Under the pieces are notes generated by a model. That model did no database searches. It was not told the DNA's origin and was given only the letters and a program-made list of their open reading frames with translations. Shown here piece by piece: positions 60,360-64,000 of a stretch of DNA of 64,000 bases. The DNA is from Gonapodya sp. JEL0774 (lineage: Eukaryota). The translations under genes and the position numbers were made by a program. Position 1 is the first letter of the stretch; every line of letters begins with the position of its first letter. The stretch is from contig JADIIX010000051.1 in assembly GCA_027604505.1 (NCBI GenBank), positions 62,001 through 126,000 on the forward strand. The letters run 5' to 3'.

Positions 60360-63300
60360 TTAATCCCACTCCGAATCATCCCTCTCAATATCATCCTTCT
60401 TTTGCACGGGTTTGTCGTCCACCTCCCTCGCGATTTTGAGCATATTCGCCATCATTTGTTCCCTCTTCTCGTCATCCGTCAGAATCCGCTCGGTAGGGAG
60501 CGCCCGCTTGCTCGGCGGGCTCCTGGTTGCTGCCGGCGCCTCACTCAGTGCTATCATGTCGGATGGCTTGAGACTAATTTTGGGAAGATCTGCGTTCGCT
60601 CCACCAAGCCAAGCTGCAGCTGTGAAGGTGGATGTGGTGCGGTCGGTGGTGGGAGGGAACAGATCGTCCTGGAAGAACTCGTCTCTGGTGCGAGGCACTT
60701 TGAACGAAACTAGCTCTATGCCTGCCGATGTCAACCTAATAAGAGAAAAGGGGTGTTATGTGCCATGTTTTTTGGACGCGCCCCACAAGAAGTAACTCAC
60801 CTCCACGCCTTGTTCACTGTATTCAGCAATTCAAGTCACCCAAATTATTAGCTCTTCATTGCTCTCACACTGGAGGACTGGCCCCAACAATCTCAAATCC
60901 AACCCACCTTCAATCCCCCTCACATCACACTCTTCCTTCCGGCTCAGTGCAAACCCTTGTTGTAGCTGCCCCGTCTCAAACCTGGACAAATCCTTGGCGT
61001 AGGGTTCCTCCTGCGACACCTCCCATATCCTCACCGCAGACTCACCCCGACCAGCCAGATACAATAGGTTGGTGTCGGGGTCGAACTGGGCTGACAGAAG
61101 TGAGGGCGAGACGTCAATTGGGACTGTGGCGAGTTTGGTGAGGGTGGAGGAGTGGTGGACTTCGATTTGGCGTAGAGAACCCCTTGGTGAGTGCGAGCAT
61201 GCGAGGACGGCCGGTGAGACGGGCGTGATGGGCGCTGTAGCGCTCAAGCTCACTTGCCAAACCCTATCACAAATATCCTCTCGCCCACCCACACCACTCT
61301 CCCACCCTTTCCACCTTCTGCGCAATCTGCCTGACCCAGCAATTTACCGCTACGAGGGTCCTACGACACATCAAGAAAAATCTCGTGATATGTGACGAAC
61401 GGCGACATCGCCACCACATTACCGAAAAACGTCACAGACACAAACACCCACCACCACACGAATCTTTTTATCCTTGCTGACCGTCGCAACTTTGGTCCCG
61501 TCCGGACTCCATGTCATTGCGAAAATCTAAGGAAAGTGATAAAAGCACAACATCTAAATATCCGCGCTCTCCATTCTAAACAGGTCATTCCACCCAAACC
61601 AACCGGCTCCCTGTGATGCTCTATCCTTTTGGCCTCCTTTCCCCCACCGCTCGCCAAGTCCCACACCTTTATTGATGCCTCACCTCGCTCAGGGGACGCA
61701 GAGATGAGCAAGTCTTGTGCCACGGGGTGGAAGAGGAGTAGGTTAACGCGGGAATCGTGTGCTAAGAGACGTGTGTAAATGACTCTGAGATAAAGCGGTG
61801 CGGGGCGGGGAGGAATTCCACCTACCAGAGATGAGCGTTGTGGGGGTATACATGTCCTCCTTTACACCATTTTCTGGAATGTCCCACACACGAATCTTGC
61901 CGTCCTCTCCACCTTCCACGAGAAATCGCAAATAAACAGAATTAAAGTGAGCACAGACACCCCATTACCACACTCATTCTGCCTAGCGCAAGCTCCCCTT
62001 CAACTCACCACAGATCACTCTACCCACCCTGGATTCATCCACCGCCACACTCGCCACATCCCCGCCATTCACCAACCCTACGGGCACAGGCGGCAACCTT
62101 CCAAACCCCTCTTGTACGCCTTTCACGACGACGATTTTCCCCCCCGGCCCAGAAACGGGCATGACGAGCCAGGGTTTGGCGTACGCGAGGTAGTCCGAGT
62201 CGGCGGGGAAGGACGGCGGAAGGTTCGGGGCAGGGTGGAATGCGGGAATGGGTTTTCCGAGAATAAAGCGGAAGGGGGAAGTTCGAAGGGCGGAGAATTT
62301 GGCACTGACGGCGAGAGAGGCGGCGGTAGGAGGACGGGTGGTGGCGGCTGAGATAGGAGCCGCGGACGTGGTGGATGAGGTAGAAACGGTGGAGGATGAG
62401 GAGTACGTCGGAGTGGAAGTGGGGATTGGTGCTTGAGAACTAACGGATGAGGTGTTTGGGACTGCAGCGGGAGCGGCCGATGATGATGTTCGAGCGAGCA
62501 ATGGGGACGGCGGTGACGCTACTGATCCTGTCACTGGGGCGGTCACCGTGACCGTCGCACTTGCCGGACTCGATCTGTTTGCTCCCACCCTCCTCTCCTT
62601 CCACTCCCTCGCCGCCTCCTGCACGCCGACCTTACCCACCTCCCCATTCCCACTCTTGATCCACTCCTCCTTTCCCACCCCTTCCTTCCACCCTCTCGTC
62701 TCGGGAAACAACTCGTCGACCCAGTCCCCGTACCTCCTCCTCGGCACGATCCACCGCACGGGCACAACGGCACTCCCGTCGGCAGTTCCCGCAAGTGTGC
62801 GGTGGATTTCGCAGCCGAGGTGGTCTAGGGAGAGTTTGGGGACGGAGCAGAAGGTCGAAAGCGGGGACGAGTGGGAGAACTGGGTGATGCCAGTGGTGAG
62901 GAACGGCGCGCGGGAGGGGTGAAGGTCGAGCCATGTTATCGTGGGAGAGCCCTACCATAGTTTGGTGGAGGGCATTGGTGAGATGACGTGATAAAAGGTG
63001 GGTTGATGAGACGGGAGACACAATGGACCCTTGGATGCTGCCCCTCAGCAACCTACCCTTCCTCCAATCCAAACCATCCCCGTATCTTCATCCCACATCA
63101 AGCACGACACTCCGCCTGCTCCGCCTGCAAGCTCGTGGTCCACGATGGGCGCAGAGAGGGCGCGAGAGTCCCAGAGCTGGGACGGGTTGTGAGGTTGGGG
63201 AACGAGGAGTCGGTAAAACGCAGTGTAAACGAGGGAGGTGTGTGTGCGTCCGCGGGGGGGGAGCATATGAAGGTGAGTGCGAGAATGCGAAGCATATCTC

Positions 63301-64000
63301 CACACTTCCAAACTTCCCTCACACCTTCCACACAAAAACTCACCTTGACTTCTTTCCCACCCCTCTTCCCCGTGCCCGCCGTAGCAAGATACCCCCCACT
63401 GCCGAGCCACGTCACGCGGGAGGGCTTTGTGCCCTGGTGAGCAGAGGTGGCGAGGGCATCGGTGGGGGCGCGGGGGCTGGAATTTAAACGGGAATGGGTG
63501 AGGTGAGGGTAGAGACCGTATTGGAAACGAGTCGCAAGGGACGCCGGATGATGGAGGGGTACCCCATTCGCGGGAAAACATGACCGGCATGGCATCTTCC
63601 CGAGGCGCAACTCCCCTGCGGTCAACTCACTCGAATATTCTCAGCATCGTGTCACGGGCCGTGGTGGCGAGGAGTGACCCGTCGGGGTTCCTGTTTTACG
63701 CGGTGGTGAGGGGGGCCAGGTCGGTGGGTCAGAGCGTGGCAATATGCCGAGATGAAGAAGGGTGTGAGTGGGGTGAGTGTGGAGTTACGGTGGATGAGAA
63801 ACACAAGAGAAATACGAGAAAAAGGCAAAAGTAGTGAATTAGAAGTGCTTGGAAGGTTGTCAAAATGTCTTTCCGTTGAGCTTAGAAAACTGGGGCCGTA
63901 TGTTATGTCTGTTTCATGTCGCGGTTTGAGTCTCGGATCACCTCGTTCAGTCTTAGTGGTCACTCCCTCGGTCACTCCAGTTGTGGTGACTGGAGTAGTT
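60360..64000 (-). CDS. CORO7: Coronin-7/POD-1-type tandem coronin; 5' part runs off the window
   Basis: Two coronin units (VRWIVPRRRYGDWVDELFPET; VSFKVPRTRDEFFQDDLFPPT; FDPDTNLLYLAGRGES), an S/P/T linker, SPFRFI starting the second unit, and an acidic C-terminus ending DDSEWD*. Confidence 0.85.

Noticed and set aside
1..64000. CRISPR arrays, rRNA, tRNA, prokaryotic operons or defence systems
   Set aside because: The DNA is eukaryotic and spliced; I saw no regularly spaced repeats or recognisable structural RNA signatures by eye.

Overview
Gene-dense, intron-rich eukaryotic DNA (mostly short GT-AG introns) with about 30 protein-coding loci and no recognisable rRNA, tRNA, CRISPR array or intact transposon. 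The genes are fungal-like, and the window also has an EFHB/CFAP21-like axonemal gene, a tandem coronin-7 and a long RPC5, which points to a zoosporic (chytrid-type) early-diverging fungus (inference). Housekeeping genes include Sed5, SHMT, dUTPase, Sec18/NSF, EFR3, mitochondrial EF-Ts, Rrp42, Trs33, Dph4, Fcf1, Dap1, RPC5 and copine. The most unusual loci are: (1) an intronless fusion of a TTLL12-type SET-like N-domain with a bacterial-type NPPY methyltransferase; (2) an intron-containing HemG/flavodoxin-like gene with an altered FMN loop; (3) two paralogous tandem-ZZ + RING genes, one with its RING broken by micro-insertions; (4) an adjacent frameshifted kinase-LRR gene in a sharply CpG-depleted island; (5) a degenerate cystathionine-beta-synthase-like protein; (6) a triple-bromodomain/ankyrin protein. 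Gene models were spliced by eye. Coordinates span start to stop including introns and some ends are approximate. Family calls come from recalled motifs, not database searches.
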